Shown here in pieces: positions 19,901 through 28,623 of a DNA stretch of 39,623 nt. Origin of the DNA: a virus. Taxonomy: Duplodnaviria; Heunggongvirae; Uroviricota; Caudoviricetes. Each line of letters opens with the position of its first letter. Position 1 is the first letter of the stretch. The notes under the pieces were generated by a model that saw only the letters and a list, made by a program, of their open reading frames with translations, had not been told where the DNA came from and ran no database searches. The stretch is from IMG/VR virus record IMGVR_UViG_3300044970_001522, positions 150,278-189,900 of that record. One strand, 5' to 3'. Position numbers and translations under genes: made by a program.

Positions 19901-20381
19901 GATAACCTCAACAACGGGAGGGAAACACGCCCCTGGGTCGTATCATTACGCCGGACGAGCTATTGACGTAGCGGGCTCACCTGGCGCGATGCTCGCCTAT
20001 GCTCAGCGACTGGCCTCTACTTCGGGGGGCAGAATGGCAGAGCTTTACTACACGCCCCTGGGATTCAGCATAAAAAACGGTGTGAAGGTTCCATGGACAA
20101 TTCCAAACCACATGGATCATGTTCACGTAGCGTACGCTCTCGGGAAGGGGACCCCTGCGTTCTTCTCCAACCAAAAGGAAGCCGAGTCTTGGGAGAGAAA
20201 AATGATGCCACCGTCGGCGAAAGTCACTTCGATCACCTCAAACACGTCTGAAGGATTCGGTAGCTCAACGATTCACGCCCCAATAACAATTTATCAACAG
20301 CCGAATCAAGACCCAGAGGAACTCGCTTCCTTAGTCGCTATGCGAATTGGAATGGTTGTGGACGAACTTAGGAACCACTAG
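16902..20381 (+). CDS. Tail tape measure protein with a C-terminal M15/DD-peptidase-like zinc peptidase domain
   Basis: 1159 aa, helical and Ala/Gly/Leu-rich with a hydrophobic central segment. C-terminal SYHYAGRAID...HMDHVHV (SxHx6D, HxH). Confidence 0.8.
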   Translation: MAENKTFTLIGKFDDQITKKLKDLNKEFQKLSKPLSKDNAAASLRDGFKAANSELKTLQNEMKTLNKLQFKFDKSGIQAAREEVQMLGKDLDSVSKKGLPIDKSGLKAAQEDAKILGKILEANALIKVGEGFANALTAGASSAVNILQQGIGFIGKRYSEAVQDQLGDVMARGSLFGSLNKEGMFKQGLAGKEGQALKDASNDMYLQTKNISRSMDSAINEIIRTSTVSSQTIQVLSRQLGDNLLPVMLKEKGITDLSIVSREKLNEVMGGENGVGKKLAILYSQIGSVITSPAYAPQAAMGVTQFLGSGTINRQLSVFENNPILVSSLKEGLKKFGNTVEGRIKAASYGFSIAMPEAALEEAKNTIAGGMQSVNDTFLGPSGILTLTADINKQGEKTLAMMTSSGARDKQIAKYDRRNKEVLEALAKQGRKEAEIQKIEEQQKNNRVRFIKNLDDFYKSADSPIEVIATQFGPLLQSFANMMNSAGNLLIGPVNSIIGALARPLTELQDNFENLGSEISAGKKSLAEALGRGLAETFKALASYFNPEQAGKDVGTGIQKFLSDFMKGFKGGKVDGERYMKIVLDTFKDIILKMLFNNGNALQGVTPLGDALGKVFLLLAAPAFISAVIAGVVPLAIMGFGNMLMGVFAGLAGGALAGVAGFALPIVALVAGFVIFEGPLRMLADWLKNTGAKLSESTNWVASAAGLFLGGLGDILQGLTNFFTGIWDLLVGIFTGNQQLIVQGVKKIFSGIIETLIGAAESVVGLGGIIIGAVGNLFTAIGRKINDIAISVGGWISDRVPGSSKASPRPAAGASSARAPKAKASAFGSANPFSGSLSQAIDFEMANKPPSSSLVIANSSETIIPAAGGLGVGSFMETLKEGFGQLTTTMNENNQVYTENGKRFTEGLFKVSGQVIESQTQINSLGSALSKAQEHNNNMFSKVQEQLNSNQNQTASMFSAIGKQISQIASSAGGMFGGALGMMSGSLGAASSLAQNLGLTITSTTGGKHAPGSYHYAGRAIDVAGSPGAMLAYAQRLASTSGGRMAELYYTPLGFSIKNGVKVPWTIPNHMDHVHVAYALGKGTPAFFSNQKEAESWERKMMPPSAKVTSITSNTSEGFGSSTIHAPITIYQQPNQDPEELASLVAMRIGMVVDELRNH

Positions 20382-20382
20382 T

Positions 20383-21987
20383 ATGGCAAACAGTTTGATA
20401 ATCCCCCGCTGCGAGGTTGTTTGGGGGGACGTGAACCTGATGAACCACAACTTCGACGGTAGCACAACGGGGCTGACGAATCAGCCACTGGTGTACAATG
20501 TGAGGGTGTCTTTACAAGACTCAGGGCAGACCCCGACTGGCTCAATGAGATGGAATCCGACTGGCGCCGCGTTCAGCGTCTACGAAAAACTGCTGGAAAC
20601 TGCGCTCAACCGCACAATTACAGTCCGGTACTACTACTTGAACGGACGTTCCATCACCTTTTCGTTCGTTTGGTCTGGACAGACAGAGGTATACGGGAAG
20701 GAAATGTCGCTGGAAGTGAAACTCGCGTCTGAACTTGATGGGCTCGTGAATGCAAATATAAAGAGTACGGCGCAAGCTAGCGACCAGGGAACGTCGCCTC
20801 TTGCAAATTTATCGCAGCTTGACTACACGTTCGGGGTCGAAAAGTATGATCTTGTGAAAGTCACGAAGCAGATGCAAGAAAGTCTGAAAACAACGAAAGT
20901 TCTGTCAAACTATTCAGAAGGGTCAAACTACCTGGACAGCGTGAAAAACCTTGTTGAGCAAACTGGTGGGCTCGTTATGGCGACGAACATTGTTTCTCCG
21001 GGAACTTCTCAAAAACTTTCTGCAAGTTGCGTGGTGCTGGGGCCGTACTTGTCAGATAAGACCACAGTAGAGGAACTCGCACCGCAGAGCCAGTTCCCCG
21101 ACCCTACTGTTCGGTATGGGTACTTCCTTGGCCCAGGGATCATAAACACAATTACAAAAACGTCTGAGTGGCAGCCCCCTCAAAAGACTCAAACAAGCTT
21201 GGAAAGCACGCAAGAAAAGGTTCAGCCTGCGCAACCGGGAACACAGGGGCAACCTGCGACGACAACTCCGCAGAGCCAGCAAGCAGTGGCGGCTCAACAG
21301 TCCCAGAGAAAGAGTGGGGCCGGAAACACGGCCAACTCTCGTGCTAGGCCCGGAGTGCGCCTAAAGGAAAATCAAGACGGGGAGAAGCGAAAACTGGAGA
21401 TACAGCAAGAGCGCAGTTCCAAGCTAAGCGCCTCAGTTTTTATGTGTCCTGCCCTAACCGGTGTGAAGCCGAACGATGTCATATTTATTCCAAACTTCAG
21501 TGGAACTTTCATAGAAGACTGGATTGTTAATGGTATTGAGTACACTCAGACGGATGGTGGAGTGGAAGTTTCCATTCAAGCTAGCCGACAGTACGGCCTC
21601 GGGAATCTTATGAATAAGGCACTCGGCGAGACCTGGCTCGGAAAAGCCAAAGAGAAAAACTTGGTTGGAAACACAGGAACTCTGGAGAGTTGGCACAACT
21701 ACGCTTGGGGCTCACTAGGGTTTAACAACCCTGCGCAAACCTACCCCGAGCCATCAAGCGGGCAAGTTGCACCGACCGCTTCAGGCTCGACCACATCGGC
21801 AGCCCCCGACTCCTTTCATCTTTTAGCAAAACTTTTTGGAACTTCTCAGACTTTAGTGACCGACCGGGGCTTGTACGATTATTTGACAAAGGAGCTGGGC
21901 ATCAAGTTTGTGAACGGAAGCGGTGTTGTTGATCTACCGTTCGAGAAGGTCAGGCAGTTGAATCTTCGTCGCATTGGCAAAACGTAG
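20383..21987 (+). CDS. Putative baseplate hub (gp27/GpD-like) protein
   Basis: ATG at 20383, directly after the tape measure gene. C-terminal P.L.G.KP.D.I.I......W.V..IEY pattern. Confidence 0.55.
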   Translation: MANSLIIPRCEVVWGDVNLMNHNFDGSTTGLTNQPLVYNVRVSLQDSGQTPTGSMRWNPTGAAFSVYEKLLETALNRTITVRYYYLNGRSITFSFVWSGQTEVYGKEMSLEVKLASELDGLVNANIKSTAQASDQGTSPLANLSQLDYTFGVEKYDLVKVTKQMQESLKTTKVLSNYSEGSNYLDSVKNLVEQTGGLVMATNIVSPGTSQKLSASCVVLGPYLSDKTTVEELAPQSQFPDPTVRYGYFLGPGIINTITKTSEWQPPQKTQTSLESTQEKVQPAQPGTQGQPATTTPQSQQAVAAQQSQRKSGAGNTANSRARPGVRLKENQDGEKRKLEIQQERSSKLSASVFMCPALTGVKPNDVIFIPNFSGTFIEDWIVNGIEYTQTDGGVEVSIQASRQYGLGNLMNKALGETWLGKAKEKNLVGNTGTLESWHNYAWGSLGFNNPAQTYPEPSSGQVAPTASGSTTSAAPDSFHLLAKLFGTSQTLVTDRGLYDYLTKELGIKFVNGSGVVDLPFEKVRQLNLRRIGKT

Positions 21988-22002
21988 GGGGGCAACACGG
22001 GA

Positions 22003-22030
22003 GTTTACTAGTCCGGGGCAAGCCTATACT
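22003..22030 (+). promoter_or_regulatory. Sigma70-like early/middle promoter
   Basis: GTTTAC-N16-TATACT in the intergenic gap at the structural-to-replication boundary. Confidence 0.6.
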
Positions 22031-22088
22031 TGTGTTGAACGTGCTGGGCAATAGGGCTCAGTTTATCGCGTTCTTCACAAGTAACACA

Positions 22089-23060
22089 ATGGCTGTAACT
22101 ACATTCAAAATTCTGCCCCAACTCGACGACAAAAACCGCGCAAGGTTGGAGTCAAAGAGCTACACAAGGGCATACACCGACATCCCAAACAAGGCTCTAC
22201 CCGAGTCTTACCGCAATGGCTTGTCAACCATCTTTCGTGCACTAACTGGCGAGGATTTCGATCTTGAGGCGTCTACCTTCACTGTGAAGGCTGACCCGAA
22301 TGGGACATTTCAACGTCTTTACTCTCCCACAATCTTCTCTACTGAAGTAGGTGGCCTTGTAATTCGTTGGGGTGATAGGGATATTCCCCTTCTGTTGGCT
22401 CCTGGCAAGGTCGGAGTGGCTAACGCTCCGAAAGGACTAAAGTTCGCCTTTAAGGATGAGCAGATCGGCAAATACACCGAGCCCGTTCTTTCTGTGTCCG
22501 TACAAGGAGACGGCACTCTTTACACTCTTCCTATCACAATTCGGAAGAAGGAAATTAAGGAGGAACTTCCCGCAGATCTTCTCGAACTCTTGCTCGATGA
22601 AAATCCCGAAGCGATTGCTGAAAAGGTTTATGCCGCACCGGATCTTTCCAAGCGTGGTGAAAACACAGGGGGAGAGCGTCTTGTGGGTCCTTTCGTCAAA
22701 GTCGCGAGTCTACCCTTAGGCGAATACACAATCACTTCTTACAGGGTTAAGGAAGGTGGTGCTTACGGTACCGACTACTTCCTGCAAGCGAAAGTGACTG
22801 AGCCATTTGTGGCACCAGTTCGCGTTCAAGTCGAGGGAGAGTGGATAGACCAAGAAACCGAAGTCTCCGACTGGGTGATTGTCAAGCCAAACTCCGCAAT
22901 GAAGAAGATTCTTGCTGCTGAGCCCTTGATTACTCCTGACGCTCCCGCAACTCTAAAGGTTCTTGAGCACTTCGAGTACAACGGCAACGCTGCAGCGAAA
23001 GTGACACTGAAGTGTCCGAACTTTGTTCAGAACCCGGAAAGCTTCGACCTGGACTTTTGA
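22089..23060 (+). CDS. Hypothetical replication protein, possible ssDNA-binding protein
   Basis: ATG at 22089. Beta-rich, with an acidic/aromatic tail ESFDLDF, its own promoter and terminator, and adjacent to the helicase. The SSB call is inference. Confidence 0.45.
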   Translation: MAVTTFKILPQLDDKNRARLESKSYTRAYTDIPNKALPESYRNGLSTIFRALTGEDFDLEASTFTVKADPNGTFQRLYSPTIFSTEVGGLVIRWGDRDIPLLLAPGKVGVANAPKGLKFAFKDEQIGKYTEPVLSVSVQGDGTLYTLPITIRKKEIKEELPADLLELLLDENPEAIAEKVYAAPDLSKRGENTGGERLVGPFVKVASLPLGEYTITSYRVKEGGAYGTDYFLQAKVTEPFVAPVRVQVEGEWIDQETEVSDWVIVKPNSAMKKILAAEPLITPDAPATLKVLEHFEYNGNAAAKVTLKCPNFVQNPESFDLDF

Positions 23061-23100
23061 CCAACATCTTAAGTCCCTGAGTTAAACTCTCGGGGCAACG

Positions 23101-23128
23101 AGACCCTGGCTTACCGCTGGGGTCTTTT
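23101..23128 (+). terminator. Intrinsic terminator
   Basis: AGACCCTGGC-TTACC-GCTGGGGTCT stem-loop followed by TTT. Confidence 0.7.
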
Positions 23129-23136
23129 GCTATACT
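23109..23136 (+). promoter_or_regulatory. Sigma70-like promoter overlapping the terminator
   Basis: GCTTAC-N16-TATACT, with an AGAGGA RBS before ATG 23168. Confidence 0.5.
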
Positions 23137-23167
23137 ACACCGTCAAACCTAAACAACAAGAGGATAC

Positions 23168-25192
23168 ATGGCAGATCCCTTTTCCGGGGGGCTCGGAAGT
23201 ACGAAACAAGAGATTGGAATACTAACCGAGGCGAAAGAGCGAAACAAGGCAGCGTCCTTCCGGTCGAAGAAAGACGGAGAGGAAAAACAAGAGAAGAAAA
23301 AGAGAGCCCCCACAAAAGTGTCCGAGCTTTACAACTCGGGCATTACCCTACTGAAAGCGAAAGGTTTCGTTGTTGAGATCGATGAGTCAGGTGATCACTG
23401 TAGGCACCGCATTCTGAAGCCCACGCCACCGGTAATGGTAAGGGGAATTCAGTACCCGGCAGACTTCAACCCCTTGCAGGATATCTCAGTTTACGACGAC
23501 TTTGAGAAGATCGAATCCTGTTTTCACCCTGATTTGTGCCCAGACGACGTAAGAACTTTCTGGGAACCTTTATTCAAACCGAAAGCCGGTGACTCAGATC
23601 TCGTCTCTTTCACAGAGCGGCTGCTGAAGATGAAGAGAATAAACATGAGCAAGAGTATTCATGACACGCTAAGTTACGGTCATACGTTTGACCCTGCGGC
23701 TCGGTGGGGTGGAGTTCCTGTCTCTAATCCAAGGTCGTGGGTTCCCGACAGAGACTGGTTCAACCCTGTTCTGCAAATGGTGACCTTAGCTGACGTTTTC
23801 TCAATCTTTCCTGAAGCCGAGAGGGAAATGCTTAGACTAATTATTGGGCGAATTGGTGTCGGCAGGTCAAATCACTTGCCACCGGGAAAGGACCAGCCTG
23901 TAGATCACACTGCTCGTATGGCGGGGGTGATTGTGGGTAAGGATGCTGGATTAGGAAAGTCGACTCTCTTCAATGGAATGACCGCAGCTTTTTCCAAGTG
24001 CGGTTTTGTAACTCACACATTTAAATCGACTGAAGATCGCTTCGGCCTTAAAGCTGCTGCTCTTAGTGACATAGCATACAAGGATGATACCTCCTTGGCT
24101 TCTCTCAAGAAGTTCCTTGCTTCTGAGGAGACCAAGATTTTGATCACGAATGGGCTTTTCCAAGTAGAAGAAAAGTTCGAAAAAGCCGAGCAAATTTGGC
24201 CAAAGACAGTCATATTGGTTAACTCCAATGACTGGAACAGTAAGTTTGCCTACGATCTCGACCCTGGGATCATAGATCGAATCAAGCTCATTAGTACATA
24301 TAGGGAGTATGAGGTAACAAAAAACATCGAGAACACGAAAGGGACAGTGTCAGAGGGGTCTCCCGACCTTCGCCCACGAGCACACATTCCTTACCTCGCT
24401 AATAAGCTAGGTGTGAGTGCTGATGCGTTGTATCTTTGGTGTCTCCGCCTCGCTACCGATAGGTTCTGGGAAATCATTAACGATGTAGCTGATCCCCGCA
24501 TCAATCGCCTTCAGGTTGAAGTGCGCTATTGGACCACACGACAAAGGATCCGATTCAAAGCCGATGTCACACAGGCACTCGTTAATGCCATGGCGTTCGC
24601 TCACTCGGTTCGAACGGGGTCAGACCTTAGCTTCATGCCCGAGCTGACGCCGGACGTTCTCTACGAGTATCTCAGTTCTCTTTACTTTGTGGGAGTGGAC
24701 CCGTCGTGCCAACACTTAACTGCGAGCATGAAAAAAGAGTGGGAGAACGCAGGGCGTCCGTCGACACATTACTACCAAGGTTTCCGAGAGCTAAGGTGGG
24801 AATCTGTGAGAAAGGCAATTTCCCTCGCACGAGAGTTTCTGTTCGACGAAACGACGGGTCAGCGGCAAGAGACCAAGGACAAAACAGCTCTGACGCTAAT
24901 TCGAGAGATAATGGAAAAGCTGGTGATGAGGGATGGTTTTAAGATTGGTGGCGAGGCGAACTACGTCATTGAAAACTGGAACAATTGTCGTCACGCTCAA
25001 GAGGAACTTGTTTTGGAAGGGGAAAAGCTAGTTGAATCCATGGAAGACATGGACAAACAAAGACTACTTAACCCTAAGACAAATTGCTGTGACGATTGGC
25101 TTCTTGACAAGAACTACTCACCCGATGTTGCTGAAAGGTTCCGAGAATCCGCACGTAAAAAACTCTACGAGGCTAAAGGGGTAAAAGTATGA
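23168..25192 (+). CDS. SF3/D5-like helicase (primase-helicase NTPase)
   Basis: Walker A GKDAGLGKST, Walker B-like YKDD, K.LIT, EEKF and sensor ILVNSN. Confidence 0.75.
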   Translation: MADPFSGGLGSTKQEIGILTEAKERNKAASFRSKKDGEEKQEKKKRAPTKVSELYNSGITLLKAKGFVVEIDESGDHCRHRILKPTPPVMVRGIQYPADFNPLQDISVYDDFEKIESCFHPDLCPDDVRTFWEPLFKPKAGDSDLVSFTERLLKMKRINMSKSIHDTLSYGHTFDPAARWGGVPVSNPRSWVPDRDWFNPVLQMVTLADVFSIFPEAEREMLRLIIGRIGVGRSNHLPPGKDQPVDHTARMAGVIVGKDAGLGKSTLFNGMTAAFSKCGFVTHTFKSTEDRFGLKAAALSDIAYKDDTSLASLKKFLASEETKILITNGLFQVEEKFEKAEQIWPKTVILVNSNDWNSKFAYDLDPGIIDRIKLISTYREYEVTKNIENTKGTVSEGSPDLRPRAHIPYLANKLGVSADALYLWCLRLATDRFWEIINDVADPRINRLQVEVRYWTTRQRIRFKADVTQALVNAMAFAHSVRTGSDLSFMPELTPDVLYEYLSSLYFVGVDPSCQHLTASMKKEWENAGRPSTHYYQGFRELRWESVRKAISLAREFLFDETTGQRQETKDKTALTLIREIMEKLVMRDGFKIGGEANYVIENWNNCRHAQEELVLEGEKLVESMEDMDKQRLLNPKTNCCDDWLLDKNYSPDVAERFRESARKKLYEAKGVKV

Positions 25193-25569
25193 ACATACAA
25201 AACTCTGAACAAACCCTCGTGGATTCTTTTACATACGAATGCCAAAAGCAACTTAGGCTCAAGGAGCAACTGGAATCCGAGGGTTTTGTCTTGGCAGATG
25301 ACCCCGCAGGGTTGTACGACAAGATTGGAACGGTTCAGGAACTGAGTTGTCTCTGTGAGTTGTACACTCCTCGCCTTCTTGTGAAGACCTTCATAGAGGG
25401 GACAGAGCATCTTGCTTACGCCTTTCACCTTGTGTCACTGTGGCAAATTGTGAAATTCGGCTACTTGGTGCCCGAACCTGGGCAGTACTTTACGACTCGG
25501 TATATCGTCGGTGTTCGCAAAGTGAGCGAGAACTCTTTCGTACCTTCCTTGCGCTTACCTCTGAACTGA
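25189..25569 (+). CDS. Hypothetical protein
   Basis: 126 aa, with an ATGA overlap with the helicase stop. Confidence 0.6.
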   Translation: MNIQNSEQTLVDSFTYECQKQLRLKEQLESEGFVLADDPAGLYDKIGTVQELSCLCELYTPRLLVKTFIEGTEHLAYAFHLVSLWQIVKFGYLVPEPGQYFTTRYIVGVRKVSENSFVPSLRLPLN

Positions 25570-26021
25570 TGGACGAACTTTTTCAAAATCCGAAAGAGTC
25601 TCAACCCGACCTACCCACTCCGATAAACTCTCAGGGCGGGTATGGTAATGGGTCGGGTACTTTCGGCTTGAAGAGATCTTTAAGTCGTAAAGTGAAGTCG
25701 CGAGACGACCTCTCTCAGCCCCGAGAGAAGACGTTTTCAGAAGCCAACCCCCTGAGAACAACATCAGGGTCTGAAAACAACGCTGTTGACCGCTACTTTG
25801 GGTCTTTCAGCATTGAGTCAAAGCGACACGTCTGGGACCTGCTCGGAAAGCACCCTCAGTTCGGCGATGAGGGGAGTTTACGAAAGAACCGCATTCGCAA
25901 TAATACAGCGGAAGTGCTCCCAAACGACCCTTTCCGAAACGTCACAAACGGCGGCTACGTAGTTTACGAACATCCTGAACCAAATGGCACAAACTTACAA
26001 GGACCCCCACAGCTACCTTAA
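25569..26021 (+). CDS. Hypothetical protein
   Basis: Likely ATG at 25569 (TGATG coupling). Confidence 0.55.
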   Translation: MDELFQNPKESQPDLPTPINSQGGYGNGSGTFGLKRSLSRKVKSRDDLSQPREKTFSEANPLRTTSGSENNAVDRYFGSFSIESKRHVWDLLGKHPQFGDEGSLRKNRIRNNTAEVLPNDPFRNVTNGGYVVYEHPEPNGTNLQGPPQLP

Positions 26022-26484
26022 CGAGAGCCTCGTTAAAAGAGGAAAGTCCGGTCACTACGGAGTTCATCTGAGCCACGTTGCAGTGGTGGCGGAGTCTGAA
26101 GCTGACTACGGCTACCGGGTTTCACCTTCGACCTTCGACCTTCTATCTCCGTTTGAGGGGAACTATAATAATGTTGAGTGGATGGTACTGCTAGTAACCT
26201 TGCGCTCCCAGCTGAACGATAACCAAGGGGCTATAGTTGTCGGACAGACCACTTACCAGTTTCTTCCTGATGGTGGCCACTTGAGCCTTAATGTCTTTCT
26301 CCCTGAGACTAGCGTTGAGACGTTCGACTACGAAATTCTTTCAGCTCAGAGCATACTGAAGGGTGTGGCCAAGTTTGTGGGGAAAATCCCTACAACAATT
26401 CGCTTTAACCTCGGGCTCGTTTTCAAATCTTACGGAACAATGGCTGAGCAAGGCGAAGTCCAGGAAATTGAGTTTAGTTACTAA
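25984..26484 (+). CDS. Hypothetical protein
   Basis: 166 aa ORF overlapping the previous gene. Confidence 0.6.
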   Translation: MAQTYKDPHSYLNESLVKRGKSGHYGVHLSHVAVVAESEADYGYRVSPSTFDLLSPFEGNYNNVEWMVLLVTLRSQLNDNQGAIVVGQTTYQFLPDGGHLSLNVFLPETSVETFDYEILSAQSILKGVAKFVGKIPTTIRFNLGLVFKSYGTMAEQGEVQEIEFSY

Positions 26485-26527
26485 CCCTTCCCAAACAATC
26501 AAACACATTTCAACAAGCTGAAACAAA

Positions 26528-26857
26528 ATGGATCTAAACACTTACCAAGAAAAATCACGAGCCACTGCAGTTTATCCTAATCTAGGGTCGAATTTCGTGT
26601 ACCCGACACTGGGATTGAGTGGGGAAACTGGAGAGATAGCGGAGAAAGTTAAGAAGATTATTCGAGACGACCAGGGAGTTATCACGGATGAAAAGAGAGA
26701 CCAAATTGCGAAAGAAGCTGGAGACGTGCTTTGGTATTTGTCGCAACTCGCGACAGAAATTGACTATTCCCTTGAGGATATTGCACAAATGAACTTGGAC
26801 AAGCTAGCCTCTCGAGCCGCACGTGGTGTTCTTTCAGGAAGCGGTGACAATCGCTGA
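26528..26857 (+). CDS. mazG: MazG-like nucleoside triphosphate pyrophosphohydrolase
   Basis: YQ..S..TAVYP, LGLSGETGEIAEKVKK, KEAGDVLWY, N..KL..R and GSGDNR. Confidence 0.9.
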   Translation: MDLNTYQEKSRATAVYPNLGSNFVYPTLGLSGETGEIAEKVKKIIRDDQGVITDEKRDQIAKEAGDVLWYLSQLATEIDYSLEDIAQMNLDKLASRAARGVLSGSGDNR

Positions 26858-27332
26858 TTTCACACCGGACATCAACCCTTTTTTGTCTGTGTGGGACCGA
26901 AGATTTATTCGCCGGGCCCAGGAAATTTCCTCCTGGAGTAAAGACCCGAAGCAAAAAGTTGGGTGTGTAATGGTTAAGGACAAAAGGGCAATCTGCGAGG
27001 GATTCAACGGTTTTCCTGAAGGACTGTCTGATGATCTTCACCGCCTAAAAGACTCAGATTACAAGAACAAGGTGATTATTCATGCCGAACGGAATGCGAT
27101 AATCGACGCCACACGCAGGGGATCCACTCTGCTCGGGGCTACAGCCTACATAACTCGCCATCCGTGTTCGCCTTGCGCAAGCATGCTCGCTCAGGCAGGT
27201 GTTAAGAAGATTATCTGCCCAGCACCAGTTCTGTCCGGGTCCAAGTGGTCCGACAGTTTCAAAATTGCAAGCGACCTTCTTTGTGAGGTTCGTGTTCAAG
27301 TTATTTACTTTGACGAAAACCATGAGTTCTGA
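26844..27332 (+). CDS. dCMP deaminase
   Basis: SKDP..KVGC, GFNGFP, HAERNA and PCSPC zinc motifs. The start is uncertain (GTG 26844 or 26823). Confidence 0.9.
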   Translation: MTIADFTPDINPFLSVWDRRFIRRAQEISSWSKDPKQKVGCVMVKDKRAICEGFNGFPEGLSDDLHRLKDSDYKNKVIIHAERNAIIDATRRGSTLLGATAYITRHPCSPCASMLAQAGVKKIICPAPVLSGSKWSDSFKIASDLLCEVRVQVIYFDENHEF

Positions 27333-27549
27333 TGCCATCTCCCTGACTTTAACCCAAACATTTGAGATGGAGAGGTTTCACAGGGACATTGATTCTTGTA
27401 CTAACCTTGAAGAGCTGAAGGTACTGACTAAGCAGCTCTACACGGCTTGGGTCACTCAGAAAGCAGCTTGCGTTTGGGTAATGCGGCAAAACCACGAAAG
27501 ATTGCCTTCCAAAGACCTTTTGGAAGAATATCACAATTCACAAGCGTGA
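27322..27549 (+). CDS. nblA: NblA-like phycobilisome degradation adaptor (picocyanobacterial type)
   Basis: ATG at 27322. ISLTLTQTFEMERFHRDID...L..L.KQL..AW..QKAA..WVMRQ fits the NblA helix-loop-helix pattern (LxLxQxF). Confidence 0.7.
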   Translation: MSSDAISLTLTQTFEMERFHRDIDSCTNLEELKVLTKQLYTAWVTQKAACVWVMRQNHERLPSKDLLEEYHNSQA

Positions 27550-27554
27550 GGGAT

Positions 27555-27592
27555 GGCGGATACCCGCCTAAAAACGCCGGGATACCGGCTTT
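27555..27592 (+). terminator. Twin GC hairpins, possible terminator
   Basis: GGCGG-ATAC-CCGCC and GCCGG-GATA-CCGGC-TTT. Confidence 0.4.
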
Positions 27593-27618
27593 GCCTTTCC
27601 CCTCAGAGGCGCTATACT
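27591..27618 (+). promoter_or_regulatory. Sigma70-like promoter
   Basis: TTGCCT-N16-TATACT upstream of the sigma factor gene. Confidence 0.5.
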
Positions 27619-27638
27619 TATTGTAGTTGAAAAACACC

Positions 27639-28241
27639 ATGTACACAGACGAAACCTTTTACAACGCAGTTCGAGGAGATTCTCTAGCGGTCACAGAGAC
27701 TCTGAAGCAGTTCACACCCCTTGTTCATAAGTTTGCTATAAGGTACAAATTTATGGGTCACGATTATATCTACGATGATCTTGTTCAAGAGGGTTTACTT
27801 GGCATCGTAAAGGCTATCAAAACGTTTGACCTTAACTACAGGGTCAACGGGCGAGGTATTCGCCCAATGACGTGGATCTACCCTAATGTTCGTGGTGCGG
27901 TTCAAGGTGCTGCACGAAAAGAGAAAAAGAACCCCAAATTTGCGCTATCCTTAGAGCAGTCAGACTGGTCGAACAACCTTGAAGACCCGAACGCTTACGA
28001 GCTGAAAGAAGAGTTTGCTCGCATAGACATTGCAGACATTATAAAGAAGGGTTGTGGTTCTCTTGACAGCAAGAGAGCACAAATCGTCTGCGACCGTTTC
28101 GGACTACTTGGCAGAAAGGCAATGCGACAGGGGGAAGTTGCTCAAAAGTATGGGCTTACGAAACAGGCTACAAACGGCCACATTTCACGTTTCACCAAAA
28201 AAGTGCGTGAGGTTAGTCCCGAACTTCGAAACTTTATCTGA
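27639..28241 (+). CDS. Phage RNA polymerase sigma factor (sigma70 family)
   Basis: Region 2 DDLVQEGLLGIVKAIKTFD and region 4 HTH RFGL......QGEVAQKYGLTKQ. Confidence 0.88.
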   Translation: MYTDETFYNAVRGDSLAVTETLKQFTPLVHKFAIRYKFMGHDYIYDDLVQEGLLGIVKAIKTFDLNYRVNGRGIRPMTWIYPNVRGAVQGAARKEKKNPKFALSLEQSDWSNNLEDPNAYELKEEFARIDIADIIKKGCGSLDSKRAQIVCDRFGLLGRKAMRQGEVAQKYGLTKQATNGHISRFTKKVREVSPELRNFI

Positions 28242-28250
28242 AGCAGTGTC

Positions 28251-28607
28251 ATGACAGAAAACAAGTCCACCACAACGGTTGTTGTAACCAAGGTGTTCGA
28301 CCTTGGATGTCCAGTCTGTGACACGATGTCCCGGTTCGACAAGTCCATGTTTGAGGGGTTTCCCGAAGTTTCTTTTCAAGAGATACCCTTTGACACCCTT
28401 CGAGACTTTAATGGGAACGCAACACGGACTCGAATCTACCAGTGTCTCGAACGCTACGCAGTTTCAGACACCTACGAGATAGACTTCCCTACTTACCTCT
28501 TCCTGAGTTCAACGGGAAAGTACCTAGGATTCTTGCAAGGTGCCCTGTCTCTAAGGGAACTAAGAGGGGGGGTAAAACAAATTTTAGAACAGCACACTTC
28601 TGAATAA
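28251..28607 (+). CDS. Thioredoxin-like protein
   Basis: CPVC motif and cis-Pro FPTYLF. Confidence 0.75.
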   Translation: MTENKSTTTVVVTKVFDLGCPVCDTMSRFDKSMFEGFPEVSFQEIPFDTLRDFNGNATRTRIYQCLERYAVSDTYEIDFPTYLFLSSTGKYLGFLQGALSLRELRGGVKQILEQHTSE

Positions 28608-28623
28608 TTGAGGTATTTATGAA

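Noticed and set aside
17153-20174. Multiple minus-strand ORFs within the tape measure gene
   Set aside because: They are antisense shadows with no recognisable motifs or expression signals.
25179-25186. GGGTAAAA late-promoter motif
   Set aside because: It lies inside the helicase coding end, only 2 nt from the next ATG, which does not fit the 20-38 nt spacing of the other sites.
12548-27332. Modified-base (e.g. dZ or hmU) DNA pathway suggested by MazG, dCMP deaminase and ThyX
   Set aside because: No purZ, hydroxymethylase or transferase is visible in the window, and the set is explained by ordinary dTTP supply.
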